From the NCBI GenBank assembly GCA_964406965.1, contig CAYOTT010000001.1:65699-129698 (forward strand): a DNA stretch of 64,000 bases. Reading direction: 5' to 3'. Every line of letters starts with the position of its first letter. The stretch's first letter is position 1. This DNA is from an uncultured Desulfurococcales archaeon (lineage in GTDB: Archaea > Thermoproteota > Thermoprotei_A > EX4484-217-1). A program made the translations under genes and the position numbers. Below are positions 29,512 through 39,029 of this stretch, piece after piece. Under the pieces are notes generated by a model. That model was not told the DNA's origin and did not search any database. It was given only the letters and a program-made list of their open reading frames with translations.

Positions 29512-30345
29512 TCAAATTAGTAATGATGGGAAGAAATGTTTCCTCCCTTTCTTTAGCTTAATTTCATCCCATTCGTAGAGTATTTTAACTGCTTCATTAG
29601 CTACACGTATGGCATCTTCGACTCCGACCTCCGGTAAAAGTTCATCAGTAACTCTGTTTGCTATAGCAGCACATACTGAACCCGCCCTAGCTCCGTAAAT
29701 ATTAGCTAACGTGAAAATTGTTGAAGCTTCCATTTCGAAATTAATAACTCCTATTTTTTGAAGATCAGGGATTATGTTCTTCATCCAGCTCGGCACGTAG
29801 CCTTTAAAACCTGGTCTACCTTGCCCCGTGTAAAAGGAGTCCGTAGATGCCGTAATTCCAACATGGTATTTTACGTTAAGGTTTTCTGCTGCCTCAATAA
29901 GAGCTAAGACAACTTCATAACTTGCTATAGCAGGGTATTCTGGAAACACATACTGTTTGGTTACGCCATCAAACCTTATAGCGCCTAATGAAATAACTAA
30001 GTCTCCAACATTAACTTCTTTCTGAATAGCGCCCGTTGTGCCAACTCTAATGAATGTGTGAGCGCCAACTCTTAAAAGCTCTTCAATGGCTATTGCAGTT
30101 GCTGGACCTCCTATTCCTGTACTTGTAGCTGAAATGGGCACGCCTTTATACTTGCCCGTGTAAGTTACATATTCTCTATGTTCAGCTACCTTCCTAAAAC
30201 TATCCCAGAAACTCGCTATCTTAGGTACCCTTTTAGGATCTCCTGGAAGAAGAACGTATGGAGCAACATCTCCAAGTTTACATGCTATATGATATTGCTT
30301 ACCTTCACTTGTCTGAGGGATAGATGCGGAGACCTTATTTTTCAA
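29512..30345 (-). CDS. Purine nucleoside / 5'-methylthioadenosine phosphorylase (PNP/UDP family 1, DeoD-like).
   Basis: GDPKR and the STGIGGPATAIA motif; first gene of a 4-gene overlapping operon. Confidence 0.8.
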   Translation of the reverse strand: MKNKVSASIPQTSEGKQYHIACKLGDVAPYVLLPGDPKRVPKIASFWDSFRKVAEHREYVTYTGKYKGVPISATSTGIGGPATAIAIEELLRVGAHTFIRVGTTGAIQKEVNVGDLVISLGAIRFDGVTKQYVFPEYPAIASYEVVLALIEAAENLNVKYHVGITASTDSFYTGQGRPGFKGYVPSWMKNIIPDLQKIGVINFEMEASTIFTLANIYGARAGSVCAAIANRVTDELLPEVGVEDAIRVANEAVKILYEWDEIKLKKGRKHFFPSLLI

Positions 30346-30451
30346 GGAACACCACCTACTTTAGAAACTTTTTGCACATAAGAAACATTATTTTGCAAGT
30401 TTTGTTATTAATTAAATACTGTGGGCTTACTAATAAAGGTAACATTGAGTT

Positions 30452-30503
30452 GTGATGAACCTTTCCCTCACTGAGTTTCCGTGACGAAAACGGTCGCCGC
30501 TGA
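30452..30503 (+). ncRNA. C/D box sRNA (2'-O-methylation guide).
   Basis: C box GTGATGA (30452-58), 12-nt guide, D' CTGA (30471-74), C' GTGACGA (30481-87), 12-nt guide, D box CTGA (30500-03). Intergenic. Confidence 0.7.
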
Positions 30504-30527
30504 TAAAGTTTAGGGTTAAGATAGGAA

Positions 30528-30914
30528 ATGAAGATGAAAATAATACATGGTGCAAAACTACTCCCTAAAATTAGAGAGAGATTGGCTAAATTAATTATGA
30601 GAAACAATGAGTTAGCGAGAGGAGAAAAACTCTACTTGAAACCTGTTCATATAGTTATAGTTAAAAAAGGAAGCACTGTCAAAAAATATGTTTATATCAG
30701 TAGGTACTGGTGGAGGATCAAGTATAAGGGGAAGAAAAACAAGGTATCTCAAATAAAGTGGAAGTATTTAGGTAAAAACATATCTCAAGCAAACTTTAAT
30801 ATAAAGTTCAAAGTGGAAAACAACGACATAATAATTGATGAAGAAAATTTGGAAAAACTTAAAGAGCTCTTAAACAGCGAACTTAAAAAATACATTATAG
30901 TGAAGGAAGATTAA
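30528..30914 (+). CDS. Hypothetical Lys-rich protein.
   Basis: ORF only. Confidence 0.35.
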   Translation: MKMKIIHGAKLLPKIRERLAKLIMRNNELARGEKLYLKPVHIVIVKKGSTVKKYVYISRYWWRIKYKGKKNKVSQIKWKYLGKNISQANFNIKFKVENNDIIIDEENLEKLKELLNSELKKYIIVKED

Positions 30915-30917
30915 AAA

Positions 30918-32639
30918 CTATTTCAATACACTGGGCCTCTTCACTGTAGCACGAGCCCTAAACAATATCTCCTCCGCCTTCTCGAGAAAATCAGGTGGCA
31001 ATTTTTTAAATACAGGTTTGGGTCTTCTTATTTTATGCCCTGGCTTTACAAATAATTCCCTCATTAAACTCCATTTTTCACGTGTAACATCAGTTTCCAT
31101 GCCGAGCATTTTCCATATTTTTTGCGCATACTTAGGAATAAATGGGGCTAGCATTAGTGCTAAAAACCCTACAGCATTCGCTGAAAGCCATAGGGTCGTT
31201 TTTGCATTCTCTAAAGTTTCTGCCTTTTTAACTTTATCCCAAGGAGCTTTTCTGTTTAAATATTGATTACCTGATCTAGCTAACTCAATGATATGGTGGA
31301 GAGCTTGTTTAAGTCTAACTTCTTCAAAGAATTTACTTACGATATCTGGTGTTTGAAGAATTTTTTCTTTAAATTCATAATCAACTTGGCTTAAAATCCC
31401 TGGCTTAGGAACTTTTTGATCAAAATATTTACTTATAAAGCTTAGTGTCCTATGTATGAAGTTTCCTATATCATCATTTAAATCACTATTTACTATCCTA
31501 TAGAATTCCTTCCATGTGAAATTGGTGTCCTTTACTTCAGGTCTCATAGAGATTAACGCGAATCTCCAATAGTCAGCATCTAGCATTTCTAGAGCTTCAT
31601 CGATCCATACTCCTATTCCTCGACTCTTACTGAACTTCTCTCCTTCAAACGTTAAGTACTCTGTAGCGGCTATTTGCCAAGGGAGAACTAATTTTTCTCC
31701 GGAAGCAAGTATTAATGCAGGCAATATTATTGTATGGAAGGGAATATTGTCTTTCCCTATGAAATACACTGTCTTTGTTTTACTGTCTTTCCAATATTTT
31801 TCCCAGAACTTCTCGTCTCCCTTTTTTACGCCATACTCTATTGTAGCTGAAATATATCCTAAAAGAGCATCAAACCACACATAAACAGTTTTATTCTCAG
31901 CATCAGGGAAGGGTGCGGGTATTCCCCATTTATTATCTCTAGTTATGGCTCTAGGTTTTAATCCCTCCTTAATCCAGTTTAGAGAAAACTTCTTTGCATT
32001 ATCTGGGAAGTTTTCATGTTCTCTTATGAATTTATTAAGAGCATCCGTTAGTTTAGGTAAGTCGAAGTACCAGTGCTTAGTTAATTTAAATATTGGTTTT
32101 GAACCACAAAACACGCATTTAGGGTTTATTAATTGCCAAGGTTCTAGTAGTCTCCCACATTTATCACATTGGTCACCACGTGCTCTTTCATAGCCACAAT
32201 AGGGACATGTTCCTTCAATAAATCTATCCGGTAAAAACATTTTATCTTTAAGACAATAAGGCATTCGTATTTCTTGAGTAAAAATGTAACCATTATTATA
32301 AACTTTAAGTAGAAATTCTCTAACAAACTTAATATGAATAGGATTCTCTGTTCTCGTATAGTTATCAAAGCTTATTTCAAAAGCTTCAAATAGTTTAGAC
32401 ACATACTCATGAACCTGGTCCGTTAACTTCTTTGGTTCTACATTTCTCTTTTTAGCCTCAACCTCTATAGGTGTTCCATGCTCATCACTTCCACTAACAA
32501 AAATTACGTCTTCACCTTTCATTCTAAGATATCTTGCAAAAACATCTGCTGAAAGAACGGAGCCTATGAGCGTTCCTAAGTGAGGTACAGAGTTAACATA
32601 GGGCCATGCTGAACATACAACCCATCTACCCATGCTCAT
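30918..32639 (-). CDS. metG: Methionyl-tRNA synthetase.
   Basis: HLGT (HIGH-like), KFSKSRG (KMSKS), and Zn knuckles CPYCG / CDKCG. Confidence 0.9.
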   Translation of the reverse strand: MSMGRWVVCSAWPYVNSVPHLGTLIGSVLSADVFARYLRMKGEDVIFVSGSDEHGTPIEVEAKKRNVEPKKLTDQVHEYVSKLFEAFEISFDNYTRTENPIHIKFVREFLLKVYNNGYIFTQEIRMPYCLKDKMFLPDRFIEGTCPYCGYERARGDQCDKCGRLLEPWQLINPKCVFCGSKPIFKLTKHWYFDLPKLTDALNKFIREHENFPDNAKKFSLNWIKEGLKPRAITRDNKWGIPAPFPDAENKTVYVWFDALLGYISATIEYGVKKGDEKFWEKYWKDSKTKTVYFIGKDNIPFHTIILPALILASGEKLVLPWQIAATEYLTFEGEKFSKSRGIGVWIDEALEMLDADYWRFALISMRPEVKDTNFTWKEFYRIVNSDLNDDIGNFIHRTLSFISKYFDQKVPKPGILSQVDYEFKEKILQTPDIVSKFFEEVRLKQALHHIIELARSGNQYLNRKAPWDKVKKAETLENAKTTLWLSANAVGFLALMLAPFIPKYAQKIWKMLGMETDVTREKWSLMRELFVKPGHKIRRPKPVFKKLPPDFLEKAEEILFRARATVKRPSVLK

Positions 32640-32754
32640 TAACCCCCTATTCCTTTAACTTTAAAATTTTAACGTTAAATAAGGTTTACCGAAATTGCAA
32701 TATACGAGCCCTAACATAGTTGGTTGCGAGAGCATTCCTTCAAACAGGTAAGAG

Positions 32755-33312
32755 GTGGTTTCCTCTATGGTTAAGAGGAGAAAAAGCATTTGGGATTTAT
32801 TTGATGAGTTCTTTGAAGACATTTTTGAGAACATAGATAGGGAATTTAGAGATTGGATGAAAAGGTTTGAACATATAGAAGAGGAAATGGCTAGAGCTAC
32901 TCGTGAGGGAAGAATTATAGGACCTTATGTTTACGGTTTCAGCATAACTATAGGTCCCGATGGAAGACCAGTAATTAAGGAATTTGGTAACATACGTAGG
33001 GAGGCAGGTAGACCTAAAATTGCTGAAGAAAGAGAGCCTCTCGTAGATGTTTTGGAAGACGAAAACACGGTAACTGTTGTAGCTGAAGTACCAGGAGTTA
33101 ATAAGGAGGATATCGATATAAGGATTAAGGACAACACATTAGTAATATCAGCTCAAAGTGGAGATAGAAAATACTATAAGGAAATACAGCTTCCCGCCAA
33201 GGTAAAGCCTGAAACAGCCAAGGCTACATATAAGAATGGTGTTTTAGAGGTCAGACTAGAGAAGGAGAAGAGAGAAAAGAAGGAAGAAGGAATTAAGATT
33301 AAAGTAGAGTAG
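32755..33312 (+). CDS. Small heat shock protein (Hsp20/alpha-crystallin).
   Basis: Alpha-crystallin domain (VTVVAEVPGVNKEDIDIRIKDNTLVISA...GVLEVRLEK). Confidence 0.85.
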   Translation: MVSSMVKRRKSIWDLFDEFFEDIFENIDREFRDWMKRFEHIEEEMARATREGRIIGPYVYGFSITIGPDGRPVIKEFGNIRREAGRPKIAEEREPLVDVLEDENTVTVVAEVPGVNKEDIDIRIKDNTLVISAQSGDRKYYKEIQLPAKVKPETAKATYKNGVLEVRLEKEKREKKEEGIKIKVE

Positions 33313-33370
33313 CGTTTAGAGAAATAATGTAAAAACATTGGTATTCAATTAAGACTACAGAAGATGCATT

Positions 33371-34495
33371 ATGAAACCAAAAATAGTCTTTATTGACTAT
33401 TCAAAATACCCATTTCTCACATCTCCGCAAAAATATTTTGAGGAAAAATATGGTTACTCCCTAAGTTTATCAGAAATTTTTGAAATACACTTAACATCGC
33501 TTGTAGAGAAACGAGTAATTGAAAGAATAATTGGTGCAGTAAGGGGAAAAATATCAGAGCCAAAAGGACTTACTGATGATGAGGAAATAGTGTCTTTTTA
33601 TCTTTCACTCATAGTTTTAGGGGGAATAAACGATAAATGGCTTACATCACGTTATAGTGTCTTTGAAGCTAAAAGAATAAAGAAACATTTAGATAAAGAA
33701 AAGCCGGAGATTTTAGAAGCCATAGGTAAAATTTTAGGTTTAAACATACAATACTTAGGATCTAACAAAGCCTATAAAGTACTTCATGATATTAGAAAGG
33801 GGAGAGCAATTTACACTTACCTCCCATTTAAAGTAACAGTATATGATTACTTAAAATCCTTAAGATTACATACTGATCTCTCATGGAAGCTTTCAAACCA
33901 AATAGTAAGTGAAGGCTACATATACCTCACTCATCAACGGGTAAGTAGATTTTTGGAAGAAATAATATCACAAAAAATAGCTGAAATGGTTAAGCCCATT
34001 GAAATCGATGTGTTACCTGAGAAAATTAAAAAACTTGTAAAAGCAGTCTCCAAAGAGTACTACATCGTTAGAAAGGAACATGTAAAGGAAGCACTAAAAT
34101 TTAGTTTACGAGAGAAATTTGAAGAACTAAAATCTCTGGAGATAATTGAGCCGGAAGCATTTCCTCCATGTATTAAAACATTATATGATGAAGCAATAGA
34201 GGGAAAACATCTATCACACCATGCAAGATTTGCGTTAGCATCGTTTCTTCTTAACATAGGTTTAAATGTTGACTCGGTAGTTAACGTCTTTAGAAAACTG
34301 CCTGACTTTAACGAAACAATTGCAAGATACCAAGTTGAACACCTAGCTGGCCTTAGAGGGTCAAGAAAGAGATATAAACCTTATAACTGCGACACTATGA
34401 GAACATTAGGCCTTTGTGTTTCTGAATGCAGAGTGAAAAATCCCTTAGTATACTATTATAGAGAAGTTTTAAGAAGAATGTCAAAGAGAAGTTAA
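33371..34495 (+). CDS. priL: DNA primase large subunit PriL.
   Basis: C-terminal Fe-S domain pattern PPCIKTLYDEA...HHARFALASFLLNIG plus additional Cys. Confidence 0.65.
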   Translation: MKPKIVFIDYSKYPFLTSPQKYFEEKYGYSLSLSEIFEIHLTSLVEKRVIERIIGAVRGKISEPKGLTDDEEIVSFYLSLIVLGGINDKWLTSRYSVFEAKRIKKHLDKEKPEILEAIGKILGLNIQYLGSNKAYKVLHDIRKGRAIYTYLPFKVTVYDYLKSLRLHTDLSWKLSNQIVSEGYIYLTHQRVSRFLEEIISQKIAEMVKPIEIDVLPEKIKKLVKAVSKEYYIVRKEHVKEALKFSLREKFEELKSLEIIEPEAFPPCIKTLYDEAIEGKHLSHHARFALASFLLNIGLNVDSVVNVFRKLPDFNETIARYQVEHLAGLRGSRKRYKPYNCDTMRTLGLCVSECRVKNPLVYYYREVLRRMSKRS

Positions 34496-35016
34496 ATTTC
34501 AAAAACTATTTTTTCATATCCGCTTATTTTATCGCCTTTCCTTGTCCAAATGTAAAGTATATTTGGTTTCACTAGGTCGAAATCCCCTGAAACATATACC
34601 TCCTTTACTTTTGCTTTTTCGGGAAAGAACCAGTATATTTCATAATCGTACTCTGCTACTTCTTCTTCATAAAAGTCTTCAAAAACGTTTTCTCCTCTCC
34701 TTAAATTACCTTTGAAACGTATAAAGTAGAGTACATATGGATGATCTCTATAACCAGCAAAGTCTATATTGACCATGAGAACTCTAGGTTTAACTCTTAC
34801 ACTGTTCACGAATATTTTTTCTCTTGAAAGAAAATTCTCCATAGCGTTATGAAGCCTACTTATTTCGACATAGTATTCTTCAGGCTTATGTATTAAGTGA
34901 TAATAGTATTCGTCCTCATCATAATAAATAAACCTTAGTATTTGATTAAACATTCCTTTACGTTCAACTATAAAGTAGGATTCTCCATGAATAGGTATGA
35001 GGTTCAACAGCATCAT
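34492..35016 (-). CDS. Hypothetical Tyr-rich protein.
   Basis: ORF only. Confidence 0.35.
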   Translation of the reverse strand: MMLLNLIPIHGESYFIVERKGMFNQILRFIYYDEDEYYYHLIHKPEEYYVEISRLHNAMENFLSREKIFVNSVRVKPRVLMVNIDFAGYRDHPYVLYFIRFKGNLRRGENVFEDFYEEEVAEYDYEIYWFFPEKAKVKEVYVSGDFDLVKPNILYIWTRKGDKISGYEKIVFEI

Positions 35017-35046
35017 CCTCTACATTGAAAAGGAGAAGAAGAGTAT

Positions 35047-35132
35047 ACGGGGGGCCATGACGCCTAGGGGTGGAGTCTCCCGTGTTCACCCCTACCCGCG
35101 ACACGGGTTGAGGTTACACGGGCCGTGGATTC
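35047..35132. ncRNA. GC-rich (about 65% GC) ~86-nt structured element in an AT-rich intergenic region. Candidate stable ncRNA or structured leader of unknown class.
   Basis: Sharp compositional island. 8-bp stem AGGGGTGG/TCACCCCT; CCCGTG...CACGGG pairing; direct repeat ACACGGG x2. No tRNA cloverleaf, 5S or C/D motifs could be fitted. Confidence 0.4.
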
Positions 35133-35152
35133 CATTATTATTTACTAAAGTA

Positions 35153-36994
35153 TTACTTTTTTATTTGTTTCTCTTGTGTCTCCATGGGTTCGGGCCTTAT
35201 TTTAACCCATAATGGCCGTGGGTCTCCGATTACTCGAATAAGGACCTCTCCTGTTCTTAACCATGTCATTCTCTCTTTTTCTGCCTCATTTAGTTTCATA
35301 AACTTACTTACGCTTTCAATATAATCTTTGCTATTTGACCCGAAAACGGCGATTGTTCCAGCATTATCTAGGATTTCCTTTGGAAAATCAGTTATATCTT
35401 GGGAAGCTAAAGCTACTGCGAGTCCGTAGCCTCGTCCCTCCTTTACCAGGGACTTAATAATTTTTGTCCCAGAACGTGTATCCATAAAGCGCCATGCTTC
35501 ATCAAGTATTACTAAGCAACGTATAGTATTTGTTGGCGTTAGCGTTAAAATATAGTTAGCTAAGATCTGAAGTAATGCTAGAGTGTATAATTTACGGTAC
35601 TCCTCAGGCAGCCTATGTAAAAGAAATATTAGAGGCTTCTTAAAGTTAAGAGTATATACGTTACCGTTGAAGAATATCTTTGATCTTAAAGACTCAAGCT
35701 TTGTTAGTAAACTAAACTCAACATCCTTATCACCATAATTCTTAGAGACTTCGGCAACTGTTGATATTAAGTATTTGAAGCTGGGATTATTTGTTGATTC
35801 ATACGTTTTTATAAGTGACATGTATAGTAGATATTCCTCCTTGGAAGTTAATGATGATGCGCTTTTAATAAGCTCAATTATTTGCTTCGCTCTTATTCTA
35901 GGGCTTGTAAACCATGTGTATAATATGTTAACATTGTTTCTTTCAGGATCTATTATTTCAAAAGCACCTGTAGACTTTAAACCGATAAATTCCCCCCTCA
36001 AGTCGAAAATCCATACTGGAATTTCATATTCCTCAATAGCCCTTTTCGCTATTGTGTAAAGGAATGTTGTCTTACCCCTACCTGTAGGCCCTACTATCAC
36101 TATATGTTTAGTTAAGTACTTTTCGAAATCATAAAAGACCGGTGTACCATAGTCTATGTCTTCACCCAAATAAATACCCTTACCGGAAATCTTAGGTCTT
36201 TTAACATATCCTATGGGCATCATGAAGCCTATGTCAGACTCCAACATAATCTTATGTTTAGTTTCTTTAAGAACGCCTAAACTTATTGCTTCTAAAACTT
36301 CATCTTCAGTTGCTTTTCTAACTTCAAAACCCATTGAGGCTTTAAATGACGTTATCACTGTACGTGCTCTTTCCTGAATAGCCTTCATTAACCCCTTTTC
36401 CGACGAAGCATGTGCTTTAACTATTATGTAGTACTTTATACTAATGGGTTTTTCACCCTTAACTATCCTATCATATATTTTTTCTAATCTTCTAAGTTTC
36501 TTTAAAATCTGAGGATTTGCGGGATCTGTTGTAACCATTATCTTATAATTTATAAGTTGTCTTTCTAAGTTCTTCACATATGATGTTGCATTTGCTTTTT
36601 TCTTCAGTAAAACTATTGAAACATCATTTTCGGTTGCTGTAATAAATCCTGTAAAGGATTTAATTTGTTGTATAAGGAAATCCGAAGCCACATCTTTGTA
36701 ACTATAAGGAACATCATCAACCACATATACTGCTAAGCCACTTATGATTTTATCCTTTTTCACAACTAAGATGTTACCTTTAACCACAATATTTGCTTCA
36801 CTAAACTCTAGTTTACGAGGCATTATTTTTGATGAAAGCTTTGGAAAAATCAGTGGTATGTTATAAGCGAAGATGAACAATAAGAACAAGATTATGTAAT
36901 GTTCTAATGCAACAAAATCCCTCAAGAAAACATAAGCTAAAACAAACGCTCCAATAACAATTATGAGCACTGGTATTTTTTCATTATACTCCAT
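35153..36994 (-). CDS. Membrane-anchored VirB4/TrbE-like AAA ATPase (CedB-like).
   Basis: Two N-terminal TM helices; Walker A GPTGRGKTT; Walker B ILDEAWRF (the DEAW of VirB4); GRGYGLAVALASQ. Confidence 0.6.
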   Translation of the reverse strand: MEYNEKIPVLIIVIGAFVLAYVFLRDFVALEHYIILFLLFIFAYNIPLIFPKLSSKIMPRKLEFSEANIVVKGNILVVKKDKIISGLAVYVVDDVPYSYKDVASDFLIQQIKSFTGFITATENDVSIVLLKKKANATSYVKNLERQLINYKIMVTTDPANPQILKKLRRLEKIYDRIVKGEKPISIKYYIIVKAHASSEKGLMKAIQERARTVITSFKASMGFEVRKATEDEVLEAISLGVLKETKHKIMLESDIGFMMPIGYVKRPKISGKGIYLGEDIDYGTPVFYDFEKYLTKHIVIVGPTGRGKTTFLYTIAKRAIEEYEIPVWIFDLRGEFIGLKSTGAFEIIDPERNNVNILYTWFTSPRIRAKQIIELIKSASSLTSKEEYLLYMSLIKTYESTNNPSFKYLISTVAEVSKNYGDKDVEFSLLTKLESLRSKIFFNGNVYTLNFKKPLIFLLHRLPEEYRKLYTLALLQILANYILTLTPTNTIRCLVILDEAWRFMDTRSGTKIIKSLVKEGRGYGLAVALASQDITDFPKEILDNAGTIAVFGSNSKDYIESVSKFMKLNEAEKERMTWLRTGEVLIRVIGDPRPLWVKIRPEPMETQEKQIKK

Positions 36995-37003
36995 AGCTTA
37001 CAC

Positions 37004-37186
37004 CTATTTTAAAATGCCCCTGTAATATATGATGAGTGTAATCGTAGGGATTATGATAAGCATTACTAGTAAAATAGTTAGCATGATATTCAAGTTGGCA
37101 CTATTCTTTACGATAATGTAAGTTACGTAAAGTACGTTAATTAAGTATAGTATTAGCATTGTTTTAAAATTAAAAGGATTCACCAT
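37004..37186 (-). CDS. Small two-TM membrane protein (CedA1/A2-like).
   Basis: 60 aa, two hydrophobic helices, tightly packed between the neighbouring genes. Confidence 0.4.
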   Translation of the reverse strand: MVNPFNFKTMLILYLINVLYVTYIIVKNSANLNIMLTILLVMLIIIPTITLIIYYRGILK

Positions 37187-37194
37187 TAACCACC

Positions 37195-38643
37195 TTACAC
37201 TCTATCTCTTATCGGTAAACGTAATTTTCTACCTCCAAGAGTATATGCGAAAGAGTAAGTTATCGAAACAAGAATCGTTAAATAAGTTACAGGTAATATT
37301 ATCCATTGAAAGAACACTTTACCTATGGCTTCACCTAAATTTTGAACATTAATATTAGAGTTTAAAGAGTTATCTATACCGCTAAAATACCCTTTATCTA
37401 CGAGTTGAATACTTTCTTTACCAACTACAACATAGGATACCTCTATAACCGTAGATCCTTTAGGTAAGTGGAAGCTTATGGTTGAAACATTTACATTGTT
37501 CCAAGTATAGCTTCTACTGGTAAATTTAATTTCATCATTGTTCACCTTCAACTTTGTTAATTTCGCAGCTTTAGGGATGTAGGCGATTACTGCTTCTTGT
37601 GGTTCATTCAAAACTATATTAAGAACGTACGTGTTTCCTTGTTCATAGACTTCAGCATTATTTACTTCATTCTGTAATATTAAAAGAACTGTATGGCCAA
37701 AATAAATAACATTATTTAGTGTAAAGTCATGTATGTAGTCTGCGTCGGGATCCAAATAGGGATTGTAGAGAAATTCGTTCATAGATATGTTCATAGAGCT
37801 TATGCTAATACCTAAGTAGCTGAGCTTAACGTAAAATCCGTTTACTTTTGCAGGTAATCCTCCAAAGGGTCTTCCAGCATTATAAAAGCCATTTTCGTCA
37901 GTATAGTATATAGCTATAGGATCTATGCTACTTTCTTTAAGAAACCATTCCGTTTTAATATACGGTATAGGCTTCCCCATAATATCTTTAACTAATCCCT
38001 TAGCAAAAAATACTCCAAGATCCTCCCTAGGCTTAAGTGAACTACTTATACTCGTATTTGAAAGGGGATTATCTCCGCCTACACTCATAACATTTACAAA
38101 TGTTGGAAGAAGCGGGAGAGCTATTGTGAAAACTATAGACATAGCTATTAATGATGCCCCTGCGCTTCTAGCTAATCTAAATGGTACTGCATAAAGTAGT
38201 ATTCCGAAGGCAAGTATTTTTGCAAAATACCCTTTAAACACTAATCCTAAAACAAAGAAAAACTCCATAACTATAAGCGTATATGTAGCTATACTAGTTA
38301 TTGGTCCTAAGAAAGATGCAACTAAAGCTCTTCCTCCAGCTTGAGATATAGCTAAAGAAATACTTATTAGCAGTGAAATAAATGAACCTAAAATAGCTAT
38401 TCTTTCAATAAGCCAGTTAAAGTAAAGGTTCCAACTAACTCCCAAAATACCTCCAAAATAGGATGTAGCTTCAATTATCGATGTAAACAATAAAACTAAA
38501 ATCGTTACTGCAAACGAATCGTAAATTAAAGTCGGCGCCCATTTCTTAATGCTCCAAACAGGTATAGGTAACAAGTATATAAGTACACCTAGGTAGTAAG
38601 TTAGTATAGCTAATGAATAGGCGATTATTAGAAACTCGTCCAT
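37195..38643 (-). CDS. Polytopic membrane protein with a large extracytoplasmic domain (CedA-like candidate).
   Basis: About 6 N-terminal TM helices, a soluble domain of about 240 aa rich in Asn/Tyr, and a C-terminal TM. Confidence 0.45.
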   Translation of the reverse strand: MDEFLIIAYSLAILTYYLGVLIYLLPIPVWSIKKWAPTLIYDSFAVTILVLLFTSIIEATSYFGGILGVSWNLYFNWLIERIAILGSFISLLISISLAISQAGGRALVASFLGPITSIATYTLIVMEFFFVLGLVFKGYFAKILAFGILLYAVPFRLARSAGASLIAMSIVFTIALPLLPTFVNVMSVGGDNPLSNTSISSSLKPREDLGVFFAKGLVKDIMGKPIPYIKTEWFLKESSIDPIAIYYTDENGFYNAGRPFGGLPAKVNGFYVKLSYLGISISSMNISMNEFLYNPYLDPDADYIHDFTLNNVIYFGHTVLLILQNEVNNAEVYEQGNTYVLNIVLNEPQEAVIAYIPKAAKLTKLKVNNDEIKFTSRSYTWNNVNVSTISFHLPKGSTVIEVSYVVVGKESIQLVDKGYFSGIDNSLNSNINVQNLGEAIGKVFFQWIILPVTYLTILVSITYSFAYTLGGRKLRLPIRDRV

Positions 38644-38677
38644 TACTTAACCCTTATAGTACCACTCATTATATTGA

Positions 38678-38992
38678 CTAAGTTGATGAGGCTATGTACT
38701 TTATTAAAGCAAAAATGCTTGTTCCTACAGCTAGCCAGAATGCACCTAAAATAGCATCTTCAACTATGTCCTGTCCAAACCTTTTTACTCTATATATTGG
38801 AATAGGTGAGCCCTTTAGAAGCCACCCAATGGCCCATGAAAGCATGAAGAGAGCCCATGCTGCAATAACTACTCTGTTAGTTAAATCATTGATTAGCGCT
38901 TCTATATCCACAACTATCCCCCCTAAGAATATATTGCTTTTTAAAAGGCTTTTTTGGGCTTTTAAAAAGCAATTATTTAAGATGATTCTCAA
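38678..38992 (-). CDS. Small membrane protein.
   Basis: 104 aa, two or three hydrophobic helices. Confidence 0.4.
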   Translation of the reverse strand: MRIILNNCFLKAQKSLLKSNIFLGGIVVDIEALINDLTNRVVIAAWALFMLSWAIGWLLKGSPIPIYRVKRFGQDIVEDAILGAFWLAVGTSIFALIKYIASST

Positions 38993-39029
38993 AATACTTT
39001 TATAGTTGCTACTACGGTAATACTTTTGG

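Noticed and set aside
35047-35132. GC-rich island interpreted as a tRNA (possibly intron-containing) or 5S rRNA
   Set aside because: I could not find a 7-bp acceptor stem with matching 3' complement, a GTTC-type T-loop or a D-arm on either strand. There is no similarity to the 5S loop C/helix pattern. It is kept only as an unclassified structured element.
34997-35212. ORF-track CDS (71 aa) covering the GC-rich island
   Set aside because: Its composition is driven entirely by the GC-rich element, it has no convincing start context, and it overlaps the 3' end of the ATPase gene. Most likely non-coding.
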